A DNA stretch of 64,000 bases from Verrucomicrobiota bacterium (GCA_049510745.1 JBEKYR010000014.1:1-64000); one strand, 5' to 3'. Shown: positions 1 through 10,543, numbered from the stretch's first letter. Notes: generated from the letters alone by a model not told the origin. Program-made: numbers and translations.

Positions 1-389
1 TTCATCGGCGGCACGTTGACGCCCAGATCAATGACTTCGATGTTGGCCCCCTTCCACATCATGGCGACAAGGTTCTTGCCAATGTCGTGCAGGTCGCCTT
101 CCACCGTCCCGATGACCGCGCTGTGTTCCGGCTTCAGGCCGGCCGCCACGACCAGCGGCTCCAAAATCTTCAACGCCTCCTTCATCGCCCGGCCGGCAAT
201 CAGCATGTCGGGCACGAAGATTTCGTTCCGCTTGAACTTCTCCCCCACGGCCATCATGCCGGGCAGGAGCCGGTTTTCGATGATGTCACCCGCCGTCTCC
301 CCGGCGGCAAGACATTGATTGACGAGGTCGGCAATTTCTTTGCGTCGTCCGGCGATGATGGCCTGCGTGAGTGGGTGGGGTTCATTCAT
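1..389 (-). CDS. Corrinoid (cobalamin-binding) protein, 3' end beyond the window
   Basis: Not in the ORF track. Manual translation from ATG 389 gives MNEPHPLTQAIIAG...LLPGMMAVGEKFKRNEIFVPDML...GTVEGDLHDIGKNLV...IDLGVNVP: a B12 cap domain plus the DxHxxG cobalt-ligand motif. Confidence 0.93.
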   Translation of the reverse strand, partial: MNEPHPLTQAIIAGRRKEIADLVNQCLAAGETAGDIIENRLLPGMMAVGEKFKRNEIFVPDMLIAGRAMKEALKILEPLVVAAGLKPEHSAVIGTVEGDLHDIGKNLVAMMWKGANIEVIDLGVNVPPM

Positions 390-480
390 AACAAGGAGAA
401 GGTTGCCAGTTTGCAGTCACTGGGTCTTGTCATCCGCTCATGCGGTCGCTGCTCCAGCAGCGCGATGGCGGGAAAACTGT

Positions 481-2133
481 TCATGGCAGCATCAGATGCT
501 CAATGTAACGATCCTCGAAGCTGTCAGCGAGATTTAATTCGACGACCTCGACCTGCAGCCGCAGATTTTCCATTTCGTCCAGCGTGGTGCGGTCCACCAA
601 TGCCAGCAACGCCCCCGCCAACGCCGTGTTGCCCACCACCCGCACTTGCTCCTCGCGGAAGCCGGGCAAAAGTCCGATGGCGATGGCATGGACAACATTC
701 AGGTGCATCCCGAACCCGCCGGCCAGATAGACGCGCGCCAATTCCGCCGCGCGGACACCGGCCGTTTCCAGCAGTATCTCGATGCCTGCGCCCATTGCCG
801 CCTTGGCCTGCAACAACAGCGCCACGTCCGCTTCGCTGATGCGCAACCCGCCCGCGCCGTTTGATTCTGTCAGGCGCAAGGCCCGTTCGCCACCGTCAGT
901 GTGACGATTTTGGGTGGGCACACTTTCCCACGCTGCCGGGTCGAATCTGCCGGTCGCGCCCAGCAACCCGCTGCGTCGCCCCGTGGCGAGAAAATCCACG
1001 TACGCCGAGCCGCACAACCCGTTGGCCCCGGCGAGCGGGACGTTGCCGATGGTCTCGGTTTCAAGTCGAAAGGGATTGAGCGTCAGTCGCAGGCCGCTGA
1101 CCGCGCCCTCGCCTGCCCGCGTGCCGCAGCGCAATCCGCACCCTTCAAACGCCGGGCCGGCGGCGGTGGCGCAGGCGGTCAACTGGCCGCCGCTCTGCAA
1201 CACGATCTCGCCGTTCGTCCCGATGTCCACCAGCAGGCTCGGCGACGGGTCGAAGACCATGCCGGTGGCAAAGACTCCGGCCGTAATGTCCGCTCCGATG
1301 TAAGCCGCGATGCCAGGGAGCAATTGCACGGGTATCTCCGGGGCAAGACTGTCGGCGGCCAACCGGAGGTCGCCCGCCAAAACCTGTCTGCCTGCCAGGA
1401 AGCGAGGCCTGAACGGCGCGACCCCCAACGGCGTCGGGTCTTCCCCGGCCAGCAAGTGCAGCATCGTGGTGTTCCCGGCCACCGCGCCGCCGGCGATGCG
1501 ATCCAACGGCCGGCCAGCCCGCTTGCAGGCGCGGAGCAGCAGCGGCCGGATCGTTTCCTCCACGATGGCGCGCTGCATGGCGGCCAGGTTCTCCGGTTTG
1601 TGCGCCGCTTCGATGCGCGTCACGACGTTGTCACCGAAACGGATTTGCTCATTGAACGCGCCGGCCCGTGACAACACTTCGCCGGTGACTAGGTCCACCA
1701 GCAGCACCACCACCGTGGTCGTGCCCACGTCCACCACAAACGCCGTGTCGCGCCCGCCGGCCACTGGCGAAAACAACGGCTGATGCGCGCAGGGGATGGC
1801 GATCTCAAAGGTCTCGCCCACTTGGGGCCGATGTTCCATGCGGGAACGGCCCGGAATCTGGATGGTCACCGGGCCGTTGATTCGAGCGCGACAAGCCTGG
1901 ATGGTGGCGGGTGCAGCCACGACTTTGCCATCCACGGAAAGTTCCCCCTCACGCAACACGACTTCGCAGCCGCGACAGAGTCCGCGCTGACCGCAACGAG
2001 TGTTCAGCGGCAGCCCGTGCGCCGCGAGCACATCGGCCACCGAACGGTTGTCCCGCGTGACTGCGATCTCCCGGCGCTGGCCCGATTCCAGTTCGACGTA
2101 AATCTGGCTTGTTGGCTGAAGATTCGATTTCAT
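481..2133 (-). CDS. RACo/RamA-like reductive activator of corrinoid proteins (2Fe-2S ferredoxin + ASKHA ATPase)
   Basis: N-terminal CGQRGLCRGC...QAC; motifs VDVGTTT, GNTTMLH, VDIGTNGE, AAGPAFEG, AGGFG; adjacent to the corrinoid protein gene. Confidence 0.92.
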   Translation of the reverse strand: MKSNLQPTSQIYVELESGQRREIAVTRDNRSVADVLAAHGLPLNTRCGQRGLCRGCEVVLREGELSVDGKVVAAPATIQACRARINGPVTIQIPGRSRMEHRPQVGETFEIAIPCAHQPLFSPVAGGRDTAFVVDVGTTTVVVLLVDLVTGEVLSRAGAFNEQIRFGDNVVTRIEAAHKPENLAAMQRAIVEETIRPLLLRACKRAGRPLDRIAGGAVAGNTTMLHLLAGEDPTPLGVAPFRPRFLAGRQVLAGDLRLAADSLAPEIPVQLLPGIAAYIGADITAGVFATGMVFDPSPSLLVDIGTNGEIVLQSGGQLTACATAAGPAFEGCGLRCGTRAGEGAVSGLRLTLNPFRLETETIGNVPLAGANGLCGSAYVDFLATGRRSGLLGATGRFDPAAWESVPTQNRHTDGGERALRLTESNGAGGLRISEADVALLLQAKAAMGAGIEILLETAGVRAAELARVYLAGGFGMHLNVVHAIAIGLLPGFREEQVRVVGNTALAGALLALVDRTTLDEMENLRLQVEVVELNLADSFEDRYIEHLMLP

Positions 2134-2169
2134 GCGGCAAGAATCATGGCGTCGTCCTCGTCCTCGTTA

Positions 2170-3993
2170 TCACCACACCTTGATTTTGAGATCGCCCCGG
2201 CCGGGATTCTCGAACGGTCCCGGAGTTGGATTGGATTCGTTCCTTTTCCTGCCGAAGTAATCGGTGTTGATGCGAATCCGCGTGCCATCAGGTTGTTCAT
2301 AGGCCGCCTTCGGGATAACGGCCCGGCCCAGCAGCTTGGTCGTCACTGTTTTGCGGGTTCGCTCCGTGTTCCAGGCCGGGTCATACTTCATTTCGAGATA
2401 GAGATCGCCGGCCTGCTCGACCAGCTTGAGCGCCGGAGCAAACTCCGGTTGGACCAGCGGCGCGGCTTCATGCTTGGACGGCTTGGCGCCCTTGAGAAAA
2501 ACATTGCCGTTCATCCACACGGGCAGTTTAGCGTCATCGTATTGGCTCAAATCTCCGCGTCCCGCCAACAAGTTGTTGTAGTACCGGTCATCGCCGCGCG
2601 GATTGTCATGGAATCCGGCCAACTCGGTCGAGTGAGATTTATGAAACGGGGTCTGGCGGGCATCAAACTCGACCACGCTCACTGCCCCGCCGAACAAATC
2701 ATGGACAAAGGCGACGCCGCGCGAGGCACTTAAAAGAGACTGCGCCGAGAGGAGAATGTTGTTGTCCACCAGAATCGGCCCGTGGTCCACTTCAAAGAAC
2801 AAGTCGTATGAGACGTTGTCATGTAACAGGTTGCACGAGACGCGCGCGCCCTGGCCCATCCAGTCGAGCCAGACACCCCCGCAGCAGCGATAAATGTGGT
2901 TGCCTCTGATTTGAACATCAATGGCGCCGTGAATCTTGATGCCCGCCATTTCCGCGCCGCTGAACAACTGCCGCACGTGGATGTCATGAATATTGTTGCC
3001 GGTGATGGTGCTGAACGCGGCGCCGAGACTGCCCACGATGCCGGTTTGTTCGCAATGCGAAATGTCGTTGCCGCGGACGAGATGGTGACCGATGGTCTCC
3101 TTGTTCCAGCCGTTGGTGAGCGCGCGCTGGATTGTCTCAACGTAGCCCTCGGCGGTATTGGCCGAAGTGTTGTCCCACTGGTCGCCGTATTTGCCCAGCG
3201 CAATGCCTGAGCAGATCGAGTGGCTGATGACGTTGCTCTCAATGATCCAGCCCTTGCTCCAGTGTGTGCCGATGAGGCCAATCTGTTCCGCGGTCGGCGG
3301 CGCCCACGGCGTGGCCGCCTGGCGCAGGGTGAAACCGCGCACCGTAATGAAGTTGATGCCGGTTTTTTCCGGGTAAAACACCGTCCGGCGCACATTGATC
3401 TCCACCAGGTGCTCGTTCGGATTGATCCCCTTGAACCGCGCCCAGATCGCGGTGTTCTCCTGATCCACTTCAGCGAACCACAAAGGCGTGCTGGCGGGTG
3501 GTTGAAGGACATCGTCCAGCTTGGCCGCCTCGGTTAGCCATTCGCCGTCCAGATAGACGGCGCCGAGGTGGTGGTTCCTGCCCTTGGCCTCGAACCAGTC
3601 GCCGTGAATAAGGTCGCTGAACGGATTGAAACTGCCGAAGAAAGAATTCGGCAGCGTCGCTTTCCAGACAGCATCCTGAACTCTCACCCAATTGGTGACG
3701 ACTTCCGACCCCTTGATCTCGACCTTCTCGCCCGGCGCAGCCTGATATACGATGCGCTTCCGATCCGATTCACCTCCGCGCGGCGGACTGATGCGTTCGC
3801 GGTAAACCCCTTCATGCACCGTGATGACATCACCCGGTTGGGCAACGTCGGCGGCCTGTTGAATGGTGCGGAACGGCGCCGAGCGCGTGCCGCGACTGGC
3901 GTCATTACCGCTGGGAGCGACATGGAAGTTGGCGGCTGGCGCAGCGGCCACAAACGCGAGGGCAGTTAAACATGCGGCGAATATTGCTTTCAC
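2170..3993 (-). CDS. Secreted GH120-family beta-xylosidase-like beta-helix enzyme
   Basis: GTG start with signal peptide. HVAPSGND...PFRTIQQAA...GDVITVHEGVYRE, VEINVRRTVFYP and ATPWAPPTAEQIGLIGTHWSKGWIIE match XylC-type GH120. Confidence 0.85.
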   Translation of the reverse strand: MKAIFAACLTALAFVAAAPAANFHVAPSGNDASRGTRSAPFRTIQQAADVAQPGDVITVHEGVYRERISPPRGGESDRKRIVYQAAPGEKVEIKGSEVVTNWVRVQDAVWKATLPNSFFGSFNPFSDLIHGDWFEAKGRNHHLGAVYLDGEWLTEAAKLDDVLQPPASTPLWFAEVDQENTAIWARFKGINPNEHLVEINVRRTVFYPEKTGINFITVRGFTLRQAATPWAPPTAEQIGLIGTHWSKGWIIESNVISHSICSGIALGKYGDQWDNTSANTAEGYVETIQRALTNGWNKETIGHHLVRGNDISHCEQTGIVGSLGAAFSTITGNNIHDIHVRQLFSGAEMAGIKIHGAIDVQIRGNHIYRCCGGVWLDWMGQGARVSCNLLHDNVSYDLFFEVDHGPILVDNNILLSAQSLLSASRGVAFVHDLFGGAVSVVEFDARQTPFHKSHSTELAGFHDNPRGDDRYYNNLLAGRGDLSQYDDAKLPVWMNGNVFLKGAKPSKHEAAPLVQPEFAPALKLVEQAGDLYLEMKYDPAWNTERTRKTVTTKLLGRAVIPKAAYEQPDGTRIRINTDYFGRKRNESNPTPGPFENPGRGDLKIKVW

Positions 3994-4008
3994 GTCTCTT
4001 TTTGCTCA

Positions 4009-4779
4009 CTACTGTTTGGCCGGCACGAGTTCGGCGCGCAGGATGGATTCGTCCGGCGCGTGACCGAGTTGCATTCCAGGCTCGATGATTTGAAAGCGTT
4101 CGGCGTCCCAGTTGCCCCAGAGCAAGTCCTTTAGCAAGGCCGGATCGCCGCGCAAATGCTCGAACTTCCAGCCCAGCCAGTCCGCGCACTTGCGGGCATA
4201 TTCCGCCTCCGTCGCCGCGTCGTCCGTGCCAAGCTCAAGATAAGTGGCCGTATCGTGCAACGCCCACTGCCCGCGCTCGGTCTCCACGAGAAACTCGACC
4301 TCCTCCGGCTCGAACCTCGCCGCAAGCCCGGCGCGCATCGCGGCGAGCCTTTCCGGCCCGGGCACCCGGCGGCCGCGGTTCCAGCCGGGCGTATAGTAAT
4401 AACAGGCCGGACACCGCCGCTGATGTTCGGCATAGGCTTCCTTGCTCCCCATGAACACTGTCAGGCAATCATGGGCGCGCGGAATGACCAGTTTGTGGCG
4501 CAACGGGCGGAGTCCCGCCGTGCCGCGACCGCACAGGCCATAGGCCAGCGCCACGGCCTCGATATCGGCCCGCGCGTCCATCACGTCAAGGTTTTCCTGC
4601 AAAGTGGCGCGGAGTTGGCCGGGCCGCTCATGCAAACCCATCTCGAAGAAGCGCACTTCCGCAATGTGCCGCGCCCCCCGCCCGGCCAGCGCGATCTCGC
4701 GCTCAAACACCGAGCAGGCCAGCAGCGCAATTCTCGGCTCCCGGAGCGCGTCCCTATCCGCCTGCGAAAAAATGCTCAT
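4009..4779 (-). CDS. DUF1638 domain protein
   Basis: LACSVFERE, GLHERP, LAYGLCGRGT, IPRAHDCL..FMGS, YYYTPGW; this family is typically found beside corrinoid genes. Confidence 0.85.
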   Translation of the reverse strand: MSIFSQADRDALREPRIALLACSVFEREIALAGRGARHIAEVRFFEMGLHERPGQLRATLQENLDVMDARADIEAVALAYGLCGRGTAGLRPLRHKLVIPRAHDCLTVFMGSKEAYAEHQRRCPACYYYTPGWNRGRRVPGPERLAAMRAGLAARFEPEEVEFLVETERGQWALHDTATYLELGTDDAATEAEYARKCADWLGWKFEHLRGDPALLKDLLWGNWDAERFQIIEPGMQLGHAPDESILRAELVPAKQ

Positions 4780-4811
4780 GACAACAAGGTTTCAATCTCT
4801 GCGCTGCGCCC

Positions 4812-5870
4812 TCATCCAACTCGTACAACTTGGGCGAAGCAGCGCACGTTTTCCGCCGGTGAATGTCGGGGCACTTCGCATCCCGCCCCGGCGATCCAGG
4901 CCGGCCCGGCAGCGGCGCGGCATTTTGCCAGCGCCTGGCGCACGTCCTCCGGCGTGCCGTTCCTGACCACGTTGACCGTATGCACGTTGCCCAGCAGCAC
5001 TTGGCGATTACCCATGGCGGCCCGGGCCGCGCCCAAGTCCACCATGCTGTCCAGATCCACGATCTCGCAGCCGAGCGTGGCCAGGGCGTCGGCCAGGTGC
5101 AGCGTGTGCCCGCAGATGTGCAGCCGCACCCGGCCGCCCGCGGCGTGAATGCCGTCCACCAGCCGCTTCTCGTGCGGCAGAACAAACTTATCGTAAAGCT
5201 CGCGGCTGATCAACGAAGCGGCGGCGTCGCCCACGCCGATGAGGTCCGCCCCGGCCTCGATCTGCGCGCGGGCAAACTTCAAGGCGGCGTTCACGGTGAA
5301 CTCCGCCAAGGCGTGAATGAAATCTGGATCGTCGTAGTAATCCATCATCAGGGCGTTGAGACCCCGCAAGTCGGCGCTTTCGGCGCACGGCCCTTCCACC
5401 CAGCCCTCGATCAGGTGCGTGTCGCCGAGCTTCCGGCGCAGCAGACGCACGGCCGCGAGACGATTGGCCATGCGGCTGCCGGTGCGGTGCGGGTCCGCAG
5501 CACACAGTGTGCGCAAGGCGGCGGGGTCGGAAAGCAAGGCGTTCTCCTCGATGATCGCGGGCGGACCGTCCGGAGGATAGAAGATGTCCGCCCCCAAGTC
5601 GGCGGCTTCGCAGCACGGGTCGGAAATGACCGACACATGGTCAAAGCCAAACTGGCCCGCGGCGGCGCATTGCCCGGCGGCCTGGATTTCGGCGCGCGTC
5701 GCGTAGTCGTGGTATTTCGCGCCGATCAAATCGGCGGACCACATCATGGTGATCGGCATGACCGGCGGGCGGTCCACCGGTTTGCCTTCAATCAGCCTCA
5801 CGACGCGTTCTCGTGAGTTCATCGCCTTGTCTTCGCAGGCTGACTGATTGATCTCCATGTTCCCTTTCAT
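4812..5870 (-). CDS. UroD-fold methylcobamide methyltransferase (MtaA/CmuA-like)
   Basis: MNSRERV...DRPPVMP, EGPCAESADLRG, Zn-ligand motifs LHICG and GAGCE. Start could be 5822-5870. Confidence 0.88.
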   Translation of the reverse strand: MKGNMEINQSACEDKAMNSRERVVRLIEGKPVDRPPVMPITMMWSADLIGAKYHDYATRAEIQAAGQCAAAGQFGFDHVSVISDPCCEAADLGADIFYPPDGPPAIIEENALLSDPAALRTLCAADPHRTGSRMANRLAAVRLLRRKLGDTHLIEGWVEGPCAESADLRGLNALMMDYYDDPDFIHALAEFTVNAALKFARAQIEAGADLIGVGDAAASLISRELYDKFVLPHEKRLVDGIHAAGGRVRLHICGHTLHLADALATLGCEIVDLDSMVDLGAARAAMGNRQVLLGNVHTVNVVRNGTPEDVRQALAKCRAAAGPAWIAGAGCEVPRHSPAENVRCFAQVVRVG

Positions 5871-5955
5871 TCGTCTGGTTCTTTCTCAAGTTCCAGCCCA
5901 GCATATCATGCTTTGACGCATTGAGGGCGAGGCAATAGTGGCAGGGCAACGACCC

Positions 5956-5987
5956 AAAAAAAGAACCCCGTCAAAGGTGGCGGGGCC
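5956..5987 (-). terminator. Probable intrinsic terminator downstream of the H-X9-DG gene
   Basis: Minus strand reads GGCCCCGCCA-CCTT-TGACGGGGTT followed by CTTTTTTT; one mismatch in the stem. Confidence 0.6.
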
Positions 5988-6018
5988 TTTCCGCAATGAA
6001 CCGGCGGCGCGAAGACGG

Positions 6019-6930
6019 CTAGTCGGTCGGCGGTCTCCAGTTGGGCTGACGAAAGCGGTTGCGGACGTAATCAAAATCCGGCCCATAAGTCAAGGCCCCA
6101 CTCATGACGTCGTTCGCTTTAACCCCCGAAGCAGCCAGGAGCCCGGCTTTGACGATGATCGGATCCATCCACTTGTGAATTTCCACATGGCCATCCGCAA
6201 AGGCGAAGGTATTGACGTTGATATGGTACATGGCGATGGCATCGTCCCAGTGCTGCCTGTCCGTGTCAATATTCCACTCGCACATCCAGGTGCCGACGTT
6301 ATAGCCGCGATAATCGCAGTCCTCAATCATGGCAAAGGTCATGGACGCCATCGAAATCTGGCTGACCTTGACATAATAGCTCGGCACACTGGCGCCAGAA
6401 GTTATGACGGTGGGGTCGCCGCCATAGTTCTGCGTTTTTGAATAACTGTCATAGGCCCAACCGTACCCCGGGGCTCGATTGACGGAGCGAGTATCGCCGG
6501 GACAATGATACGATTGTGGGTTGGGACAATAATGATAAAGAAGATCGTAGAAGGTCAAGCCGTACACGGTGTTCGACAGGGCAGTCTCTGGCGATTCGCC
6601 CGCGTAGGGCGGGTTTGGGAGCGGCCCGCTCCAATAACCGCCGCCCGAGATGCCCGTCGGGCCATAATACATCGGCACCACCCATCCGCTGTTGTCGTCC
6701 GCATACATCGTCAAAGCCAGCCCGTGTTGCTTCTGGTTGTTCACGCAAGCAGTCTGGTGCGCCTTGAGTTTTGCCTTGGAGAGCGCCGGCAGAAGCATCG
6801 CCGCCAAAATCGCGATGATGGCGATGACCACCAGCAACTCGATTAACGTGAACGCCCCGGGAGCCGGCCCGCCCGACCGAGCCGACCGCGAACCGGACTG
6901 TTGACCGCCATTATCCACTTGTCTTTTCAT
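6019..6930 (-). CDS. Prepilin-type N-terminal cleavage/methylation protein with H-X9-DG C-terminus (DUF1559-like)
   Basis: [30 protein letters not shown]...[28 protein letters not shown]. Start placed at ATG 6930. Confidence 0.9.
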   Translation of the reverse strand: MKRQVDNGGQQSGSRSARSGGPAPGAFTLIELLVVIAIIAILAAMLLPALSKAKLKAHQTACVNNQKQHGLALTMYADDNSGWVVPMYYGPTGISGGGYWSGPLPNPPYAGESPETALSNTVYGLTFYDLLYHYCPNPQSYHCPGDTRSVNRAPGYGWAYDSYSKTQNYGGDPTVITSGASVPSYYVKVSQISMASMTFAMIEDCDYRGYNVGTWMCEWNIDTDRQHWDDAIAMYHINVNTFAFADGHVEIHKWMDPIIVKAGLLAASGVKANDVMSGALTYGPDFDYVRNRFRQPNWRPPTD

Positions 6931-6963
6931 GATTGTCGTCTTGCGTTTGAGCGCGCGCCGGAA

Positions 6964-6991
6964 GAGGGCCGGGCAGCCATGCCCGGCCCTC
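6964..6991. other. Perfect 12-bp intergenic hairpin
   Basis: GAGGGCCGGGCA-gcca-TGCCCGGCCCTC just after the LamG gene stop, with no U-tract. Confidence 0.7.
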
Positions 6992-7003
6992 CTTCTCAGC
7001 ACC

Positions 7004-10000
7004 CTATTGTTTTCCTTGGAAGTACATCTGCGTGCCGTGTGGCGCGACTGGCACCGGCGACGAGGCGTTGGTTATCGTGCTATACGGCCCTGATACCACT
7101 GGCGCCGAAACCACCGAGCCATAAGGCACACTGACCATGAACCCGGCCGGCGGCGCCGTGAAGTTATACTGCAACACCAAGGCGTTGGTATCCACCAGCG
7201 CCCCGCTGAGAGCCTGGCCGATTTCCGTCGGCGTCAGAATGCGGTTATACATGCGGAAGTCGTCCAGCAGCCCATTGTAGCCGCGCCACCACCCGCCGTC
7301 ATACATGGTGTCCGCGCCGAGCTCCATCTTTGCTCCCGCCGGCCAGCTCCAGGCCTCACTGTTGGCCCCCGAGGAATCCAGGGCGCCGTCGAGGTAGAAC
7401 GTAATAGACCCGCTGAGGCTGTCATCATAGACGAACGCGCAATGATGCCACTTGTTGTCGGAGACCGTAGCCGACGATTCAAAGTGATTCCAGTTGTTTT
7501 GGGCCTGGACGAACATGTTGCCGTCGTCGTGTTGAATTAAGGCACACCCGCTGGAGCTGCGATGATCGAAGAGGATGGCCCCTTCGTTGTAACCGTCGGT
7601 CTGATCGGTGCCGGCCGAGCGCATCCAGAACATGATGGTCCCCTGATCCGAGTCCAGCGCCGGCGGGCCGAAGCCGATGATTTGCGAAGTGTTTGTGTCA
7701 ACAAACTGCATGACACCCGTCCGCGTCGTGGTGCCGTCCGAGTCGGACGCCAGCCAGGTCACGGCCGAGGCGGAACCGTCGTAGAACGGGCCGGCCGGTT
7801 TCTCGTCGCGAATGACGTTGCTGGCCGCGTTGATGCCCACCTTGAGCGGCAGGCCGACGGCGACGTGAGCTTGCAGTTGGGCCTGGGTCAAGGCGTAGTT
7901 GTAGAAAGCCACCTCATCCAAAGTCCCGTTGAAGCCCAAACTGTTGCCGTTTCTGATCCCGACTTCCGTCGGGTTGCTGGAATTAGGCACATAGGCGCCG
8001 CTTGCCACGGCGCTCGTTCCGTCCACATAGCCAAAGACGTAGGCCGTCGCAGTGGCCGTGCCGTCATATACGACGGCGGTGTGGTACCAGTTGCCCGGGA
8101 CAAAGGCGGTGGCGCCGTTTATTTGCACGGTGATGCCTGACGCATTCCCCATCATCCAAGTCAAGCCAGAGCCGCCGTCGTCCTGATACAAGATGTAGCC
8201 GAGCCGGGCCGGGGAGCCGCGGAACTGGGAACTGAATATCGCTTCGGTCCCCGTGTCAACCGGCTTGAGCCACAATTCGAGCGTGAACGGCCCGGCCGGA
8301 TTGAGGATGCTCGAATAAGGAACCTCGCCATGCCCCCCGCCGGTCACAGCCAGTGCGGTGTCAGGATCGCCCGCCAGGGCGCCCGCAACGCCGAGGGTGT
8401 AGGATCCCGCGCCGGCAAGGTAGCTGCCATTAAGGCCGCCAGCGTAGTCGTGCATCGTGGTGCTTCCAGAGCTTTCATCCAAACGCCAGTAGGCCGAGGG
8501 ATTGTCCGCCATCACTTTGGCGGCGTAGCCGTTTGGCGGCGCAACAAAAGTCAGCGCGATGGGCTGGCTGTTGGTCGATCCGAAGTTGTTATTCACAGCC
8601 AGAGTGTAAGTGGCCGAGTAGTTGGTCTGCGTCCGGGCCAGAGTCAAAGCCGTGGCGGTCGCGCCGGAGATCATCACAGTGTTGCTCTTCCACTGATAGT
8701 AGAGAGGCGGAGTGCCCGCGACGTTGGCGGCCAGCACAACCGTTCCCCCCGCGTAAAGCGTTCCGCCAGCCGATTGGCTGACAATGCTCGGGCCTGATGT
8801 GTTCGTGCCGAAGACGAACGTGGCATAATGGACCTGCAGGTCGTTGGCGCTCAGGGCCGCGCTGTAAATGGCCAATTCATCAATCGTGCCCGTCCAGGCG
8901 CCAGGGTCGTTGGTCGTGGTCGAGCCAATCCAAACCGGCGCTCCGGAAGCGCTGCCAAATCCAGCCTGGGTCTGCGAGCCTAACGATTGCCCGTCCAGAT
9001 ACGCCGTGATCGTGTTTGTGTCGGTGAACACAAAGGCGACGTCCGCGAAGCGGTTGAGCAGATTATTCGGCGCCGACCAACTCAGTTCCACTCCGCTGTC
9101 ATTGGTGTAAACCAGGGCGCTGCCGTCGCCGGAGGCGCCGAAGGCGTAGCGGATTTGCGTCCCGTCCAGGGAGGCCTCGGAGAAGATGAAGACGTTGCCG
9201 GCGTTGCCGGGGAACAAGTCAACCAGGGCTTCCACCGTCCCGGTGCCGCCGGGAAACTCGTAGGCGCTCTTGGCGGGGATTTGAACGTCTCCACCACCTG
9301 TCAAATAGAGCGCGCGCTGGCCGTAAGAGCGATTGGTCTGGCCGTCATAGGAGGCGCTGCCTTCCAGAGCGCCGGGGTGCGTCCCGTCAACCGCGTTGGC
9401 GATCGTTGCGCCCGTGCTCCCATCGACCTCGAAATAGGCGACCACGCTCGACTCGCCGGTGACAAGGCTGCGGTACGCGGTGTTATTGGCGGTCTGCGTG
9501 GGCGCAACCGTCAAAGTCACCACCGTGGTGGTGGCGGACAGGCTGCCATTGCCTACCACGCAACTGAATTGGTTGCCGCTCTCCGCCTGGGGCACCAGCG
9601 GCAAATACAGGGTCGGCGCCGTCTCGCCGGACAGATTGGTGATCCCGCCAAACCATTGGTAAGTATTGCCCGGGTCCTGCGACGCCAAGACGCTGAAATT
9701 AGCCGCGCCGTTGTTCCAAACCGTCGTGCTCTGCGGTTCAATCACCAGGCTCGGCAGGGGGCGCAGCAGCAGGTCGTTGGTGGTGAACTGGCCGGATGCA
9801 AAGGTGAAAACGCGCTCTTCGTCGATGAATCCGTCCACTGTCCACCAGGCGCCGTCAGTGCCGATGAACATGTAGCCCGCCGGGGCGGTCAGTGGAACAG
9901 AACTGTTGTCATTGGTGGCGCACGGGACGCCGTTGGTGTAAAAGATGAGGGTTCCGTCAATGTTCACCAGGGCCAAATGAATCCAGCGATTGGTGTCCAG

Positions 10001-10543
10001 GAGCACGCCCGGCCCAAAATCAACCACGGAGGTGTGGGAATCGCCCTGATGAACCACGCCGGCATGGAGCGAGGAGGTGCCGTTAAAATTGTCCTCGATT
10101 CGGACCGCCGCGCCGCCGCCCGGCCCCAAGCCATACTGCGAGCCGCCGGAAGACATCAGCCAGGTCTCGTTATCGGTGCCGCCCACGTACCCTTTGTTTT
10201 GCGGAAGGTACCATATTTCCAGGCCGTAGTTGGTGGCCGGCGGAACGTAGCCGGTGTTCCAAATTTCCGTCCCGAAGCCGCCGAAGCCGAAGCGGGCGGC
10301 ATTGGTGCTGATAAAACCGGTGGTGCCCAGCGGCCCGCCAACGGCGTTCTGAACAATCGGCGGCTCCGGACCAAAAAAGTAGGAAGCGGTGTAGTTGTGG
10401 CCGTTGCCGCTGGAATCGGCTGTGAAGGCGCTGCCGCCGTCGCCAAAATGCCACCAGCCTTGGGTGGTCACCGTGGCCGAAGCCGGCCGGATCATAAAGA
10501 GCGCCGCGAGGGCGCAACTGATGCAGAGGATTTTGTGTCTCAT
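7004..10543 (-). CDS. Secreted multi-LamG/immunoglobulin-domain protein
   Basis: Signal peptide; four LamG-like units ([31 protein letters not shown]...[25 protein letters not shown]); Ig units (GTPPLYYQW...[11 protein letters not shown]). Confidence 0.88.
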   Translation of the reverse strand: MRHKILCISCALAALFMIRPASATVTTQGWWHFGDGGSAFTADSSGNGHNYTASYFFGPEPPIVQNAVGGPLGTTGFISTNAARFGFGGFGTEIWNTGYVPPATNYGLEIWYLPQNKGYVGGTDNETWLMSSGGSQYGLGPGGGAAVRIEDNFNGTSSLHAGVVHQGDSHTSVVDFGPGVLLDTNRWIHLALVNIDGTLIFYTNGVPCATNDNSSVPLTAPAGYMFIGTDGAWWTVDGFIDEERVFTFASGQFTTNDLLLRPLPSLVIEPQSTTVWNNGAANFSVLASQDPGNTYQWFGGITNLSGETAPTLYLPLVPQAESGNQFSCVVGNGSLSATTTVVTLTVAPTQTANNTAYRSLVTGESSVVAYFEVDGSTGATIANAVDGTHPGALEGSASYDGQTNRSYGQRALYLTGGGDVQIPAKSAYEFPGGTGTVEALVDLFPGNAGNVFIFSEASLDGTQIRYAFGASGDGSALVYTNDSGVELSWSAPNNLLNRFADVAFVFTDTNTITAYLDGQSLGSQTQAGFGSASGAPVWIGSTTTNDPGAWTGTIDELAIYSAALSANDLQVHYATFVFGTNTSGPSIVSQSAGGTLYAGGTVVLAANVAGTPPLYYQWKSNTVMISGATATALTLARTQTNYSATYTLAVNNNFGSTNSQPIALTFVAPPNGYAAKVMADNPSAYWRLDESSGSTTMHDYAGGLNGSYLAGAGSYTLGVAGALAGDPDTALAVTGGGHGEVPYSSILNPAGPFTLELWLKPVDTGTEAIFSSQFRGSPARLGYILYQDDGGSGLTWMMGNASGITVQINGATAFVPGNWYHTAVVYDGTATATAYVFGYVDGTSAVASGAYVPNSSNPTEVGIRNGNSLGFNGTLDEVAFYNYALTQAQLQAHVAVGLPLKVGINAASNVIRDEKPAGPFYDGSASAVTWLASDSDGTTTRTGVMQFVDTNTSQIIGFGPPALDSDQGTIMFWMRSAGTDQTDGYNEGAILFDHRSSSGCALIQHDDGNMFVQAQNNWNHFESSATVSDNKWHHCAFVYDDSLSGSITFYLDGALDSSGANSEAWSWPAGAKMELGADTMYDGGWWRGYNGLLDDFRMYNRILTPTEIGQALSGALVDTNALVLQYNFTAPPAGFMVSVPYGSVVSAPVVSGPYSTITNASSPVPVAPHGTQMYFQGKQ

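Noticed and set aside
5870..6018. Cobalamin riboswitch upstream of the corrinoid operon
   Set aside because: The region is short and I could not find the conserved B12-box elements.
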